Shown here: piece by piece, positions 15,383 to 31,680 of the stretch | Position numbering within the stretch: the first letter of the stretch is position 1 | Layout: the number at the start of each line of letters is the position of its first letter | Source of the DNA: Eledone cirrhosa | Lineage: Eukaryota | Assembly (NCBI GenBank): GCA_964016885.1 | Contig: OZ024743.1 | Location: forward strand, 121,458,001-121,522,000 | DNA: 64,000 bases | Reading direction: 5' to 3' | The notes under the pieces: generated by a model | Seen by the model: only the letters and a program-made list of their open reading frames with translations | What the model was told of the DNA's origin: nothing | Databases searched by the model: none | Made by a program: the position numbers and the translations under genes

Positions 15383-15456
15383 CAGATTGACTTTGTTAGT
15401 TTCAGAAGATCCCGTTAAGGGTGAAAGCAGCGATTCTTTGCTTAAACTTTAATCTG
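15383..15456 (+). ncRNA. Hammerhead-ribozyme-like motif (variant core CAGAAGA) in the PLE terminal repeat
   Basis: agttt-CAGAAGA-t-CCC(gttaa)GGG-t-GAAA-GCAG...TTGC-TT-aaact. Stems I, II and III all pair, and stem I extends with cagatt/aatctg. Confidence 0.5.
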
Positions 15457-15555
15457 TTATTTTAATAAATATTTGCTCTACGGTTCTTATATATTTGATA
15501 TATATTTATCCTTATCGAGCCCTCTTTGGATTTTAGTCTTCAAATTTATTATTAT

Positions 15556-15643
<88 letters not shown>

Positions 15644-15849
15644 GTGTGTGTGTGTGTGGTCCTAAATGCACTGGCTTTCCTTACTGCATGTGTTTACGTT
15701 ACGCAAAGTCTCTTACTTGGGTTGTTTCTATCTATTTTTATTATAATCATTATATTATTATTCGTCACGCTTTTGTTCTGGCAGATGATATACCAACACT
15801 ATACCAAAAGAGCGAGCCTAGGCCAATGTCCAAAGGTTCTTTGGGACAC

Positions 15850-18040
15850 TGATAATTCAATTTTCCAAAACCCTTCTTAGAATTCTTGCTGTTCCTAGCA
15901 TTGTTTTTTTCTGCAACAACCCTTTCCTGATGCTTCTCAAGCCATACATTCAACCTTATACTAACAACTCCCAGTGCACCAACCATATTCGGTGCCACTT
16001 CTACATGTCTGATTCTCCACAGTTTCCTGATTTCTCTCTTCAGCTCCTGGTATTTCTCAACTTTCTCCCTTTCCTTCTCATGCCCCCTGCCGTCCCACAG
16101 TGAAGTGATATCCACAATAGATGTATTGTTATTCTTCCTTTCAATGTCAGGCTTTCTAGCCACATTAAAATGGTCGTACCAGATGGTCATGTCCCACAAG
16201 ATCTTATACTGTTCATTTTCAGCCACCCTTTCCGATTGGTGCTCATACTATTTCTCACTTCTGCTGATGTCATACTTATGACAGAGTTTCCAATGAACCA
16301 ACCTGACAATGTTGTCATGCCTTCTCTTGGACTCTTTCTCAGCAAGCATCTTACATTCACTAATAATTGTTTCTACCTTCGGCACAAGGCTAGCAATTAC
16401 CCAGTGTATTACTGGTACTTTATTTTATCGACCCCGTAAGGATGAAAGGCAAAGTTAACCTCGGCGGGATTTGAACTCAGACTATAAAGGGCCGTAACTC
16501 TTTGCTGCAAAGCATGGCGTCCGACCCTCTACCGATACTGCCAATCCACCGCCCTAATAATGTGTTTTATTGGCTCACCTTTCTCACCACACAGCCCACC
16601 AAGTGGGGAATTTACTAACTTGTCAATATTGAACTTGATGTAGTTTGTTCTCAGTGCCTGTTCCGAATATATGGGCCTCAGTTTCAACTTTTAAGTCACT
16701 TTTCCTAATCCATTCCCCGTTCCTACCTTTGTCAGCTGCCTCAGTCATTTCACGTGCGAATTGACTATATATATTTTTTTCTTCCAGCTTTTCAATGTGT
16801 TATTCTGTCTATCTTGTTTAATTCCTCTCTTTTCCTTTGCTTCATCACTGTTTAGGACCTTTATCTTTCTTACTCCTGCCATCACTCTATTCTTTGAATT
16901 CTTTATACCATGCCAGATTATTTTCCTACGGCTTCACACAAATTTCACAGCTAATGAGACCTCTTCCTCCCCTTTGTCATGATAGATACAACCTGTTCAC
17001 GTCACTTTTGGTGTGTAGAGTCACTTTTAGTGTCATCATTTTCCTGGTTTTTCTATAAAGCTCCTTAAGTTCATCACATCTCCACCATATCACACCAGCA
17101 CTATACTTACACACAGCAACTGCCTATGTGTTGATAGCAAGTTCCTTATTCCTACCACTTAACTTCGTATTTAACACCAACTTCAGTATCCCTTTATATT
17201 CCTTTGGTAATAGTTCTTTCATTTCCTTCTCTTTCATTTGCTTTATTTCCAGGATGCCTAAGTACTTATAGCCGTTGCATCAATTTCCTTCGTAATTTGT
17301 CCATCTAGTAATTCAATTCCTCCCTTCTTACCAATTCTACCTCACTTTAGTAGTAGTACCCAACACTTTTTTAAGGCAAATTCCATTCCTATGTCCGTAT
17401 TGAATGTATGAGCTATCTTTACAAAGGAATCCATTTGTTCATAGGATTTCCCATAAAGTTTTAGGCCATCCATCCTCCTCACTCGTAACGAGCCTTTGAC
17501 CTTCTCAACACCAATGAAAGTGGAACCATATACAGTTCAAATAGCAAAGGTCAAAGATTATCTCCCTGAAATGTTCCTCCCTTGATCTTCGCAATTCCCA
17601 AAGTTTGTCTACATGATGTCAGCTCAGTCTTCCAACCATCCATACTGCTCACCAGAAACTGTCTAGTGTTAGCTCCAATACCAGACATTTCCAAAAATGT
17701 CATAAGCCTTGCGGTAATCGATCCAGGTCATGGCAAGATTTGTATGTCTCCTTTTACAATCTTTAAGGATCGATTTATAAATCAACAATTGATCCTTAGT
17801 CCTCCTGCTTCTTCTCCTACATACCTTTGGCTCTGAAGGTAATGCCTCGTCCAGATATTACTACTACATTGCCACAGCAATGGCACCGGCCATAAGTTTC
17901 CACAGAACGGGGAGGCAAGAGATAGGTCTAAAGTTGTCAATTGCATTTACATTGCTCAGGTCCTTCAAACACAATATCGTTCTTTCAAGGGTTAGCCATT
18001 CTGACAACCTCTTTTCTCCACTCAAGATCTCATTCAGTAC
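15850..18040 (-). mobile_element. Decayed R4/Dong-type non-LTR retrotransposon (RT, CCHC knuckle, restriction-like endonuclease)
   Basis: [50 protein letters not shown]...RRHD, KILWD...RKPDI...D....D....KEREKVEKYQEL...VGALG. Confidence 0.88.
16368..16553 (-). mobile_element. SINE family A nested in the R4-type LINE
   Basis: TSD ctaataat at 16360-16367 and 16554-16561. Confidence 0.9.
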
Positions 18041-18198
18041 CAGTAATGTAATGAGTCGATTTAATCGACTTTCTCTAACTTAAAAATTGTGCCTAAATCA
18101 GAAATCATTGTTATTATTATCACTATTTGGTTCGGTCGTTCGTCTATCGACACGTATTGAATGTCGCTCCTGAACGTTTGTTATTATTTCTCTTGTTG

Positions 18199-18555
18199 AG
18201 GGCGGTGGATTGGCAGTATCGTTAGAGTGTCGGACGCCATGCTTTAACCTATAGATTTATGGCCCTTGCCATTCTGAGTTCAAATCCCGCCGAAGTTAAC
18301 TTTGCCTTTCATCCTTACGGTGTCGATAAAATAAAGTACCAGTAATACACTGGGTAATTGCTGGCCTTGTGCCAAAAGTAGAAACAATTATTTCTCTTGT
18401 TACCATGCTTTCCAGCATAGAGTTACGTCCCTTTACCCCCTGAGTTCAAATCCCACCGAGGTCAACTTTGCCTTTCATACTTACGGGGTCTATAAAATAA
18501 AGTATCAGTAATGCACTGGGATTTCTGGCCTTGGGCCAAAAGTTGAAACAATTAT
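18199..18555 (+). mobile_element. Two tandem SINE family A copies
   Basis: Family core present twice; attatttctcttgtt occurs three times. Confidence 0.88.
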
Positions 18556-18739
18556 TTCTCTTGTTACACAATGTTATATATTGAACATTTGTTACCGTTT
18601 AGTATATAAAATAACCAGCACTTTAGGGAGCTGGTTAGTTTTTCTCCATCTGTAGCCGTTAGGGTATAAATCGGGGTTTGTTTTGCAAACATCCCACTCA
18701 ATATTTGTTAAAAAAGATGGCAGACGAAGAGTGTTCGTC

Positions 18740-20160
18740 TGCTTAAAAGAGGAGCCAGATAGTCGGAGAACGAAACTACTACAATACAGCACGGGATGAA
18801 TGTGAAACTAATTTATCGCTGCTAAAAATTTCGACACGACCATCAACTGAAAAACAACAAAAGAGAACTATGACAACAAAAAGCAACAATGCTGCCAAAA
18901 ACACTGTCTTCCCCACAACCAATGCAACAACAAATATAACTGAAATAAACAGCAACATTATTAGCTATAACTCAGACAACAAAGACAACAGAAATGGTTA
19001 AAACAGCAGCAACATGTCAACAATAACAACAATAATATATCTGTGGCCACAGCTACCAAGGCAACTTAATGGTCCGTCATGAACATTATAGAAAGGAAAC
19101 GTGTTTGACCCAAGCAACCAAACTAATAATGGTACGACCAGCGCCAAAATATTGTGATACACAAATGCGTATCACAAACACGAGACGACAGGACCCAGTA
19201 AATCAGACACATTGAAAGAGTTAATGCCCGAAATTCAGGATAGTGCGAGGACTTGGCAGTATGTCAGGATTTCAGTGCTCTTTAAAAGTGAAGTTCTGGC
19301 CTGTAAACCCTCCGATAAGATGATAAGGATCTAGATCTCAGGGTTCTCACCAAATGTCAACATTTGGTGGGTATTGGCTTCATGGGAGTGAAAAGAACAA
19401 GACGAGAGAATTGGTCTGGGTCAGTGTGGAGATACCACTCCACATCAAATCATATAACATGCACAAAATCCCAGACAGTATTCGCCTTCGAGGGGAGGTG
19501 TACTTTCAAGTAATGGTAGAGTGCAAACAACCTCGCCGCCATCTAGGTGGGCAAACTGGTCACTTGGGATCTTTCTGCTCTCATCAGAAGACAGGGAATC
19601 AGAGGACCTTTCTGCTGCCAACACCAGTACCCCAAAAGCCACAAGAGCAATAACAACAGTAAACAATATCAACAGCGGCACATACCACGGTAGCAGCAAC
19701 AAAATCAACAGCAAAACCAACAACCGCAGCAACAGCACAAACACCAGAATCGATAGCAACACCATCAACAACAGTAGGAGCATCACATAGCCACCAACAG
19801 GCAACTTGAAAGCATCCAGAGATCACCCTACAAAGCTCTTCATCTTCCTCGTCCTCCTCTCTTTCTTTTACACTATATCAGAAACAGAACCTGCAGACAC
19901 CGGCACAAGATATGGGTGGAGAGAGAAGTGTTACCCTCAAGTACATTTGCTAGAAGGTGGGTAAATGTGGCGAGGATAGCCCTTGTGAATGGACTTACTC
20001 TGAGAATGCACCTGTAGGTTGACTTGAAGAGCAGAGGGGTTGCCCTTCCCGGGTGCTCGCGAAGCATCTGCTGATTCAGGATTGTTAACTATTTTTGTGA
20101 ATTTGTTTTTACTGTATTTCATGGCTAGCCCCCACTGTCCTTGTCTTTTTGTATTGTCCC
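18740..20160 (+). mobile_element. Decayed, internally deleted Tx1/L1-like element (ORF1 remnant plus probable ORF2 C-terminus and 3' UTR)
   Basis: 'VMVECKQPRRHLGGQTGHLGSFCS' parallels 'VIVEGRRPRGVVCGEGTHLRAFCP' at 61.4 kb. It is followed by a similar ACC/GCA-rich linker. Confidence 0.6.
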
Positions 20161-20185
20161 CTACATGTAGGTGCTAGTAGCCACG

Positions 20186-20380
20186 TGTGGATTGGCAGTA
20201 CCAGTAGAGCACTATTCACCATGCTTTGCGGTATAGAGTTATGCCATTTGCGTTCAAAACCCGTCGAGGTTAGCTTTGCATTTTATCCTTACAGAGACAA
20301 TAAAATAAAGCACCAGTAATGCACTTTGGGTCGATTCAATCGACTTTCCCCTCCCCTGAAAATTGCTGGCATTGTGCCTA

Positions 20381-20433
<53 letters not shown>

Positions 20434-21155
20434 ATGGTGGTGGTAGTGGTGGTGGTGGTGGTGTTAGTAGAAGCAGCAGTTGTAAAAGATGGGGTTTGGA
20501 AATATCGATATTTTGCGACATATAGTTACGGCTCGTGACGTTCTGAGTTAAAATCCCGCCGAGGTTAGCTTTGCCTTTCATCTTTACAGGGTGGATAAAA
20601 AAAAGTACCTCTAATACCCTGGGGTTGATTTATTCGATTTCTTCCGTCCCTCAAATTGTTGATATTGTGCCTAAATCAGAAACCATTATTACTATGGTTA
20701 TTAGGGGGTGGATTGGCAGTATCGGCAGAGCGTCAGACACCATGCTTTGCAGCATAGAGTTATGGTCCTTTACGTTGTGTGTCCAAATGCTGCCGAGGTT
20801 AGCTTTGCCTTTGATCCTTACGAGGTCGATAAAGTAAAGCACTAGTGACGCTCTGGCACCGATTTCATCGACTTTCCCCTAACCCTCAAAAAATTGCTGC
20901 CCTTGTGCCTATAGTAGAAATCATTTTTATTAAGGTTATTTATCTCTATATTATTTCATTTTGGCGGTGTATTGGCAGTATCGGTAGAGGTTCGGACGCC
21001 ATGCGTTGCAGCATAGAGTTACGCCCCTTTACGGTCTGAATTCAAATCCCGCCAATGTAAACTTTGTCTTTCGTCCTTACGGGGTCGACAAAAATAAAGT
21101 ACCAGTAATGCATTGGCATAATTGCTGGCCTTGTGCCAAAAGAAGAAACAATTAT
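20186..21155 (+). mobile_element. Head-to-tail cluster of four SINE family A copies
   Basis: Four repeats of the core ...ttcaaa..ccg.cgagg...ctttgc...ataaagtac..., the first two separated by an (AGT)n/(GGT)n run. Confidence 0.85.
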
Positions 21156-21246
21156 TTCATTTTAGCAGAGGAGTTTTTATCCATCCACTTATGTATATAA
21201 AATATATTTGTAGTTTTGTACGTACATATATATATATATATATATA

Positions 21247-21535
21247 GTAGCATTAAAGCCCGGCGTTGCTCGGGGTCAGTAAGTTACCAAAGTTAGGTTG
21301 CACCACCCATTTTATGGCAGCACTTTTTTGTCTGCCAGGCACTGGGTGAATGAATTGCAGACCTGGACTGCCGAAGCAGGAGCTGCTCCAGCAGTGACAA
21401 TTGTAGTTTCGCCTATAGATATTATCTCTGTGCAAAGAAGTGTTGAAATTTATTGTTTCACAGTACTTGTGCAACACGCGCGTAGACGATGCCAGCCGAA
21501 CAACAGAGCTGCGATGGAGTTGTTCTGCATGGTTG
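21247..21535 (-). mobile_element. Probable Helitron 3' end with decayed helicase C-terminus
   Basis: The terminal hairpin cccgagcaacgccggg lies 8 nt before a CTAG-like end (CTAC). Upstream translation 'VVRLASSTR...FGSPGLQFIH' loosely echoes the PIF1-type C-terminus. Confidence 0.4.
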
Positions 21536-22191
21536 TCTAATGTGTGTTTTCTAAATTTAAGACAGTAGGGAGGGGTGTGATATGGAGGAGAGTTAGCTGC
21601 TGTTTCCAGCAGGTTTAATGACCTCATAGAAGATATTATTGTGTATAGTAAATGAACTGATACTTCTTTCTTCCACGTTCGTTGATAGATGTTTTAAACA
21701 AGATTTATCGCTATTTTTTTTTGTTGTTGAATAAATTTATCTGTTGCTTTTGAATAATTGTTGTTTCGTATGAAATGTAATAAGTTCTCTTTGTCATTGA
21801 AGTAAATAAATGTTTGACCGTTCCACACTCAAAAACAAACGTTCTCTCTCTCTCTCTCTCTCTGCCTCTAACTCTCTCTCTCTTAAAGTTTGCAAGTTTA
21901 ATCGTATATCAGAGAAAGTTGCAGCATGTATGTAGTTTTATCGAATTTTAAGAGGAATAGAGAGAGGTAAACTTATTGTATTAGAGGGGTAAAGCGTCAT
22001 GTATTTAGTTTTATTGATTATTTCCGTAAATGTGGGTGAGTTTGAATGAAATAAATAGTCGTTGATCTAAGTTAAACCATTTATAACATTCTTACAGACT
22101 TTGAGTCGAATCGGTTTGAAATTGTGCAAATGTATAAACATGGAACATGCACACACACACACAGCAACAACAATCTGCCTTTTATAGATAA

Positions 22192-22241
<50 letters not shown>

Positions 22242-22593
22242 AATAGAATGAAACGAAATTTCATTTCTCATTCTTAGTACGGCACTTACTTAAATGTAAG
22301 TATTTCAGACGTTCAACCATCTGGCAGGAAGGTATACGATGCTGACGTTAGCTAATAAGCTTGAAACTAGTACATCGTTCCTGTGTCAGTGTTGAACAAA
22401 AAGGTGACGTGGTTGCCTAAACACTGTACGGCGTAATCCGGGCTGTTTGTTTGTTTACAAACAAACCGAGCATTATAATAAATGTTCGGTAAACCGATAC
22501 GTGCATATATATATGTGTGCATATATGTATATATATACATACTACTGTACGTCTGTATACATATATGTATGTACGTGTACATACATACATACT

Positions 22594-22640
<47 letters not shown>

Positions 22641-22901
22641 GGCATTATATTCTTTTCTCCTTCACTCAATCAAATGACATGCTATTTACTAGTCTCTATC
22701 CACATCATTCATCCCCTCTCTCTCTCTCTCTCTTTCTCTCTTCATTCTCTCTCTTCTCTCTCGTGGAGAGAGAGGGAGAAGGAATAACAGAGAAAGGTGA
22801 GGCAGAAAGAGAATAAGAGAGAAGAATGAGGGTGAGAGAGAATGAGAGAGAAGAGTCAGAGTGAGAGAGAATGAGAGAAAGACGTCAAATAACTTACTAA
22901 C

Positions 22902-23080
22902 GTCCCTTTACGATCTGAGTTCAAATCCCGCCGAGGTTGACTTTGCCTTTCATCCTTACGGGGTCGATAAAATAAAGTACCAGTAATGCACTGGGTAATT
23001 GCTGGCCTTGTGCCTAAAGTAGAAACAAGTAATGTACTGGGTAATTGCTGGCCTTGTGCCTAAAGTAGAAACAATTATTC
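22902..23080 (+). mobile_element. 5'-truncated SINE family A with duplicated 3' end
   Basis: Family core with a tandemly duplicated tail. Confidence 0.85.
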
Positions 23081-24457
23081 CCTATCCCTCTCCTTCATCT
23101 TCTCTTTCTCTCTTTCTCGCTCGCTCACTCTCTATATATATATATCATCATCATCATCATCATCATCTTCGTTTAACGTCCATCTTCCACGCTAGCATGG
23201 ATTAGACGGGAGTTGTCCCACTTGCGGCATATATATATTACACACCCTACCACCACTGACCCCCACTAACACACCCCCATTCAACCCTTTTTCCACCACC
23301 AGTATACTAACACCCACTAACACCCCCTTCACCACACACACACTCATCCAAACACGCACGCACACACCGGTACACTACACTCCCTCCACCGTCCCCCACA
23401 CCTTTCTCTCCCTCTCTCCGCTCCACCCACACCCCTTCACACACGCACACACATCTCACTAACACCTCTACTAATACACACCCCTCCCCCCGTACGACCC
23501 CCTCCCCACTCCACCTTTCACACCTACCCATCTCTCCCCTGTCCACCGCATCTCCGCACACACTGACACACTGACTTTCTCCACCTGCCATTCTCCTCTA
23601 CTACTGCTATGCCTTGAACCTCTGACCATACTCCGCACACACAGATACACAGCCCTCTCCACCTGTCATTCTCCTCTACCCTCCCCCTGCCTTGACCCTC
23701 TAACCACTTCCTGTTGCGCGCGCAACACAACCACAGATTACACACATCGGCCATCGTTCCCACCATCAACTCCATCACAAGGAAAATATCCGGCCACTCA
23801 CCCTACTCTCTACGAAACTACCTTAAGAACTTAACCACGGACATAGACTCACAAAAATTTTTTTTTTTCCAACCACGCCACCTACTCCACAATACGTATA
23901 GACACCACACACACGTGCGTACCCCCACATATATACACACTCAGCCTCCGGAATCATCTCACCCACTCCCCCACTCCTCTGACCCCCTCTCCATCCACAC
24001 GCAAACACACACACCGACCTACACCCTACCCCACACACACCTTTTCCTGAACATGGTACCTCGTTCTTCCCCCAACTCTCACATTCACATACACACACAC
24101 ACGTACACCTACACACATACACCACCTTCAGCCCCCCCCCCCCCCCCCGCTCGGACACCCCGCCTCCCTCTCCCCCACTCCACCCGCCACCACCCTTACA
24201 CGCACAACACCCTTCCACCACTTGTTTATCTTCATGTTTATTTTTATTTTTATTTTTTTTATATTGATTTTTATTTGAACCCCTTGCACCGTTTTTCCTC
24301 CTTTTCCTCTTCCCCTTTTTTTCTAAATATCTCTTCCCCATTCCTCTACAGACCCTCGGAACTCTCTTCCCACACACTTTTCGCCTGAAGAAGGACTTAT
24401 GCCCGAAACGTCGTCCCCCCAGAAACTGTAGTACAGATAATATCGTCTCTCTTCTCC

Positions 24458-24520
<63 letters not shown>

Positions 24521-24525
<5 letters not shown>

Positions 24526-24695
24526 ATAAGAAACGGAGAATCAGTGGTGCGACGAATAAGATTTATTAGACATATTACAATCGTTTCTCTGGCGGATCTT
24601 GCGATCTTGCATCGAGCTGGTCGCCAGAGAAACAATTGTAGTATGTCTAATAAATCTTATTCGTCGCACCACTGATTCTCCGTTTCGCATGTGAT
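24521..24695. repeat. Fold-back element, ~75-bp arms, adjacent to (TA)n
   Basis: Near-perfect inverted repeat; contains GAAACAATTGTA at 24629-24640. Confidence 0.9.
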
Positions 24696-25032
24696 ATTAA
24701 ACTGTGGGTTACAACTTTGCAAAGATAATGAGTTTCTTTGTAGACGCAGATATAAATGTTTTCTCATTTAAGAATAAGACCACAAATATTAATGGTGGAT
24801 CAATTAAATCGACCACAGTATTTGACTGATATTTTATTTTATCGAAGTAGTAATATTTCAAAAATATATCTGCCGAACATTTACAACATATTCGTATAGA
24901 TCGAACGAATACCTAAAGGAAATGGAGAGAGAGAGAGAGGGGGGGGTTAGATAGATAGATTGTACATATACACATATATATATATATAGAGAGAGAGAGG
25001 GGGGAGGGGGGATAGATAGATTGTACATATAC

Positions 25033-25104
<72 letters not shown>

Positions 25105-25313
25105 GAATAATCGAGTATCGAAAAATCGGCGCACGAGTTCACGATAAACAAAATTCGATATGAGCGGCAGAGGGCTCAATAATTCAGATAAATCAGAGCG
25201 ATAACTATCGTTAAAATACTGTCACACATAGAACAAGTCTATAATCAACCGTACGACCGAAAGATTGCGATCTGGAAGATTCGGGACATTCAGAAAAAAA
25301 TATCAAAAAATCA

Positions 25314-25364
<51 letters not shown>

Positions 25365-25869
25365 ATGAAGGTGGATAGTGAATTTTACGTCATAATATGG
25401 TACATCATATAATAGTACTTCATATATATGTGTGGTAAGAGAATTGAACTCTCAATCGTGAGGTTGTGAGTTCGATTCCTGGACCGGGCGATGCGTTATG
25501 TCATTGGGCAAGACACTTTATTTCACGTTGCTCCTTCTACCTGGAGTTGCGACCGATAGATAGTATTAGCAATTGGAAAGACCAATGGAAACATTGTTTC
25601 CTCGGTCCGATTTAACGAAAGTCAATCGACTGTCATATATATGTGTGTGTGTGTGTCTGTTAGGTAATTCCGAAGGAAAAGCAAAGGAAAAAAGAAAGAG
25701 TGCTCTATGTATAGAACAGAGCTATTTAATTAGGAAGTGAACAAACAAAATATAACTACTCCATTACCAAATGTTTCTGGATCACAGTTAACGTCTGGCT
25801 CGGTCGTCAGACTGAGATCTTATATTATATGTGATCCAGAAACCTTTGGTGATGGAGTAGTTATATATG

Positions 25870-28690
<2,821 letters not shown>

Positions 28691-29527
28691 TGTAACAATT
28701 AATATTCTCTTTGGAAACATTCATACCCGCCCTTTGGATCTAAATTTCAACCCCAGTTTCCCTATCACGCTTTCTGGAATATTCTAACCCACACATATAC
28801 ATTCATACACAATCTTTTTAAGCCACACATACAACAACAGAAATACACATATTTACACGCTACACCAATACTCTCATGCGCACAGGCATAACTTGCGAAT
28901 AAGAATTCTTATAACAACCAACACACAGACACACTGGAGAAGAAGAAAAACACATTTTCAAATAACATTATCCACACACCTACATATATACACATTCAAT
29001 TGTCATCACACAAACATACATCACACACACATAAACTCTCACACAAACAGGAGCACGCTTAAGCTTAGCACGCACACCTGCTCATAGAGACACACATACA
29101 TACTCATACGGCGCACGCATTTCCAACGCATACACATTCACACAAACAAGCAGCACGCTTATGCCTAGCATTTACAGACACTCACGCACTATACAAAAAC
29201 ATACACACTCCACTACTTCTCACATACACAGATCTTGCGAATAAATAGAATCACAAACCAATATACGTATACATATATATATGTATATTGTGTTGTGATT
29301 CTATTTATATACATACATATATACAAACATATATACATATATGCATACATACACATATATATATATATATATATATTTTTAAATGTTCTCATTCCTTGTA
29401 TTTTGATCATGCTTTATTTTTATTTATTATTTATTATATTTTTGTCTTTATTTGTTAATTTTTCATTCGCACCGTTTCCTTTCGCTATATGTCTCTCCAC
29501 CACTCCCCTACACACCTTTTGAACTCT

Positions 29528-29561
29528 CACCTGAAGAAGGGCTTATGCCCGAAACGTCGTC
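29528..29561 (+). ncRNA. Minimal hammerhead motif (family H3); homologues at 24385-24412 and 47574-47601
   Basis: CTGAAGA-a-GGGC(ttat)GCCC-GAAA-CGTC, with a palindromic ACGT stem III. Confidence 0.6.
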
Positions 29562-29899
29562 CTCCACCTACCCCCCACTCTCCTGAGCGTGAATTTAATA
29601 AACATTTGTCGTACTGCCTCTCTGTTCTGTCCCTGTTCAATTTTTCATTATATATATACATGTATAGAGACATTTGCCGACACATACACAAGCACACAAA
29701 CTAACAACTTATATCTAACACTCAAAGAATATTGTACATACACACAGACGAGTTTCACCACACATACGTATATGAAGCGTGTTTGCATCTAGCAAACACG
29801 CACACACGCAGGCGCACAAACACACACGCACGCGCAAGCGCACCCACAAACTTATTTATGCCCACTGTCAAAATGACCGCTACACCTTTTTAAAGAAAT

Positions 29900-29991
29900 T
29901 CTTTCTACTTTAGGCACAAGGCCAGCAATTATCCAGTACATTACTGGTATTTTATTTTATCGACCCCGTAAGGATGAAAGGCAAAGTTAAC
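29900..29991 (-). mobile_element. Truncated SINE family A
   Basis: Family core flanked by the repeated sequence acctttttaaagaaat. Confidence 0.85.
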
Positions 29992-30102
29992 CTTTTTAAA
30001 GAAATAAACGCTAGAGAAACGCACGTAGTCTCACTATACTAACATAATTTGGGAATACATGCTAAGAAGTAAAGACCAAACATACATAAAATCAGACACA
30101 TC

Positions 30103-30146
<44 letters not shown>

Positions 30147-31234
30147 TCTCTCTCTCACACACTTTCTTGCCATCTCTCTCTCACCCTTTCTCTCTCTTTC
30201 GCCCCTCTCTTTCTCACTCGCTCGTTCTCTCCCTCTCTCTCTCATTCTCACAAACACATACAGAGACGCACACACACACACAGATACACACGCATACTAA
30301 TTCATATCGGTACACTATACATCTCTTACATTCGCTCTTTTGTTCTTTTACCACTAGACTTGACCGGTTAATGGCTATCATAAAACTCACTCTACCCGCG
30401 GACTCTACTCAAACCTTTTCCGCATTTTCTCATTTTCTTTCTGTACGTTCTATCAACCCTTCCAATGTTTTTCATTTCCCGCCAGTTTCATACTAATAAT
30501 TTGCATCTATACCGTTATTTTTTATTTTTTTATTCGTTATATATATATATATATATGTGTGTGTGCGTGTGTGAGTGTGTGCTTCTGCGTGTGTGTATGT
30601 GTGTGTGCGTATGTGTGTGTGTGTGTGTGTGTATGTGTGCGTGTGTATCTACGTGTGTGTGTGTGTATGTGTGCGTGTGTATCTACGTGTGTGTGCATGT
30701 GTGTATGTATATATCGAAAAATTGTATGGCGAAAATGCTTTCGGGGAGAACTCAGCATAAAGTATATAAATACAAATAGATATTTACAGTCTGATTATGG
30801 CGAGTAAGGAAAAGCCTTCAATTAATGGAGTCTACCTTGCAACGTCAAGACCGAAATACTTTTCCCAGTGTTCATTTAATGGAAAGAAACACCTATAACC
30901 TTAGCTGATTCAAGCTTTTTGCAACAATTTAAGACAATACGGAACTTGTGTTTCCAGCTTATCCACTTTGCATGTTGACAAGACTTAGAATGTCAGATAG
31001 AGATATAGGGGAACGTACTCTATACAGTATACACATGCATGTAGAGTCGCGTTCTTTGAAGAAGGCAAGAGGTGAAAATCTCCAATCGATAAAGAAGTGC
31101 ATACACAGTTGTATGGTGAAGGAGTACACTTGTGACAACGGGGTTTCGTTTTCCTTCCCACTACGTAGTCCTTTGGTCAAGTGTCTTCTGTTATAGCTTG
31201 GAGTTGACTAGTGTATTGTGAGTGAAATTTTGGA

Positions 31235-31289
<55 letters not shown>

Positions 31290-31553
31290 TTGAAGTTGAC
31301 TCTTTTCATTCATTCGTTGTCTGTTTTAGCTTAATGACATATATTGCCAAATATTTCATCAGAAACACCAACAAAAACATAACAGTCAATATTGAAGCCA
31401 GAGGCAGAATTATGGGCAAATTAAGAATAAAGAAAGCCTTGCTTATACGTAGGCTCCCCCCATAAATCAAGAACAGAATGGAACTCAGCACACAATACAT
31501 GATATAAAAAGATATACCTACACACAAAACCTAAACACAACAATTTACACAAG

Positions 31554-31593
<40 letters not shown>

Positions 31594-31625
31594 TTATATG
31601 TATATATATATGTGTGTGTGTGTGT

Positions 31626-31680
<55 letters not shown>

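Larger units (their letters stand above)
12498..15460 (-). mobile_element. Penelope-like retroelement (5'-truncated RT + GIY-YIG) with inverted terminal repeats
   Basis: RT motifs FDVSMG, GLYCDDGL, NYLDVTLNL, YRKPND, SNHP, IIWYNPPY. Then CNCR..CPLSGKC, YIGLTA..FKQR...H and CDLCAAE..I...LNKKSE in shifted frames. Region 12498-13203 recurs inverted at 14741-15434. Confidence 0.92.

Noticed and set aside
18183-21155. CRISPR-like or tRNA-gene array
   Set aside because: The repeats are SINE copies with a tRNA-like head and no spacer structure. The DNA is eukaryotic and no complete cloverleaf was seen.
23714-24388. 224-aa His/Pro/Thr-rich ORF
   Set aside because: It is C/A-rich low-complexity sequence of a repeat that ends in the H3 hammerhead, with no domain or splice support.
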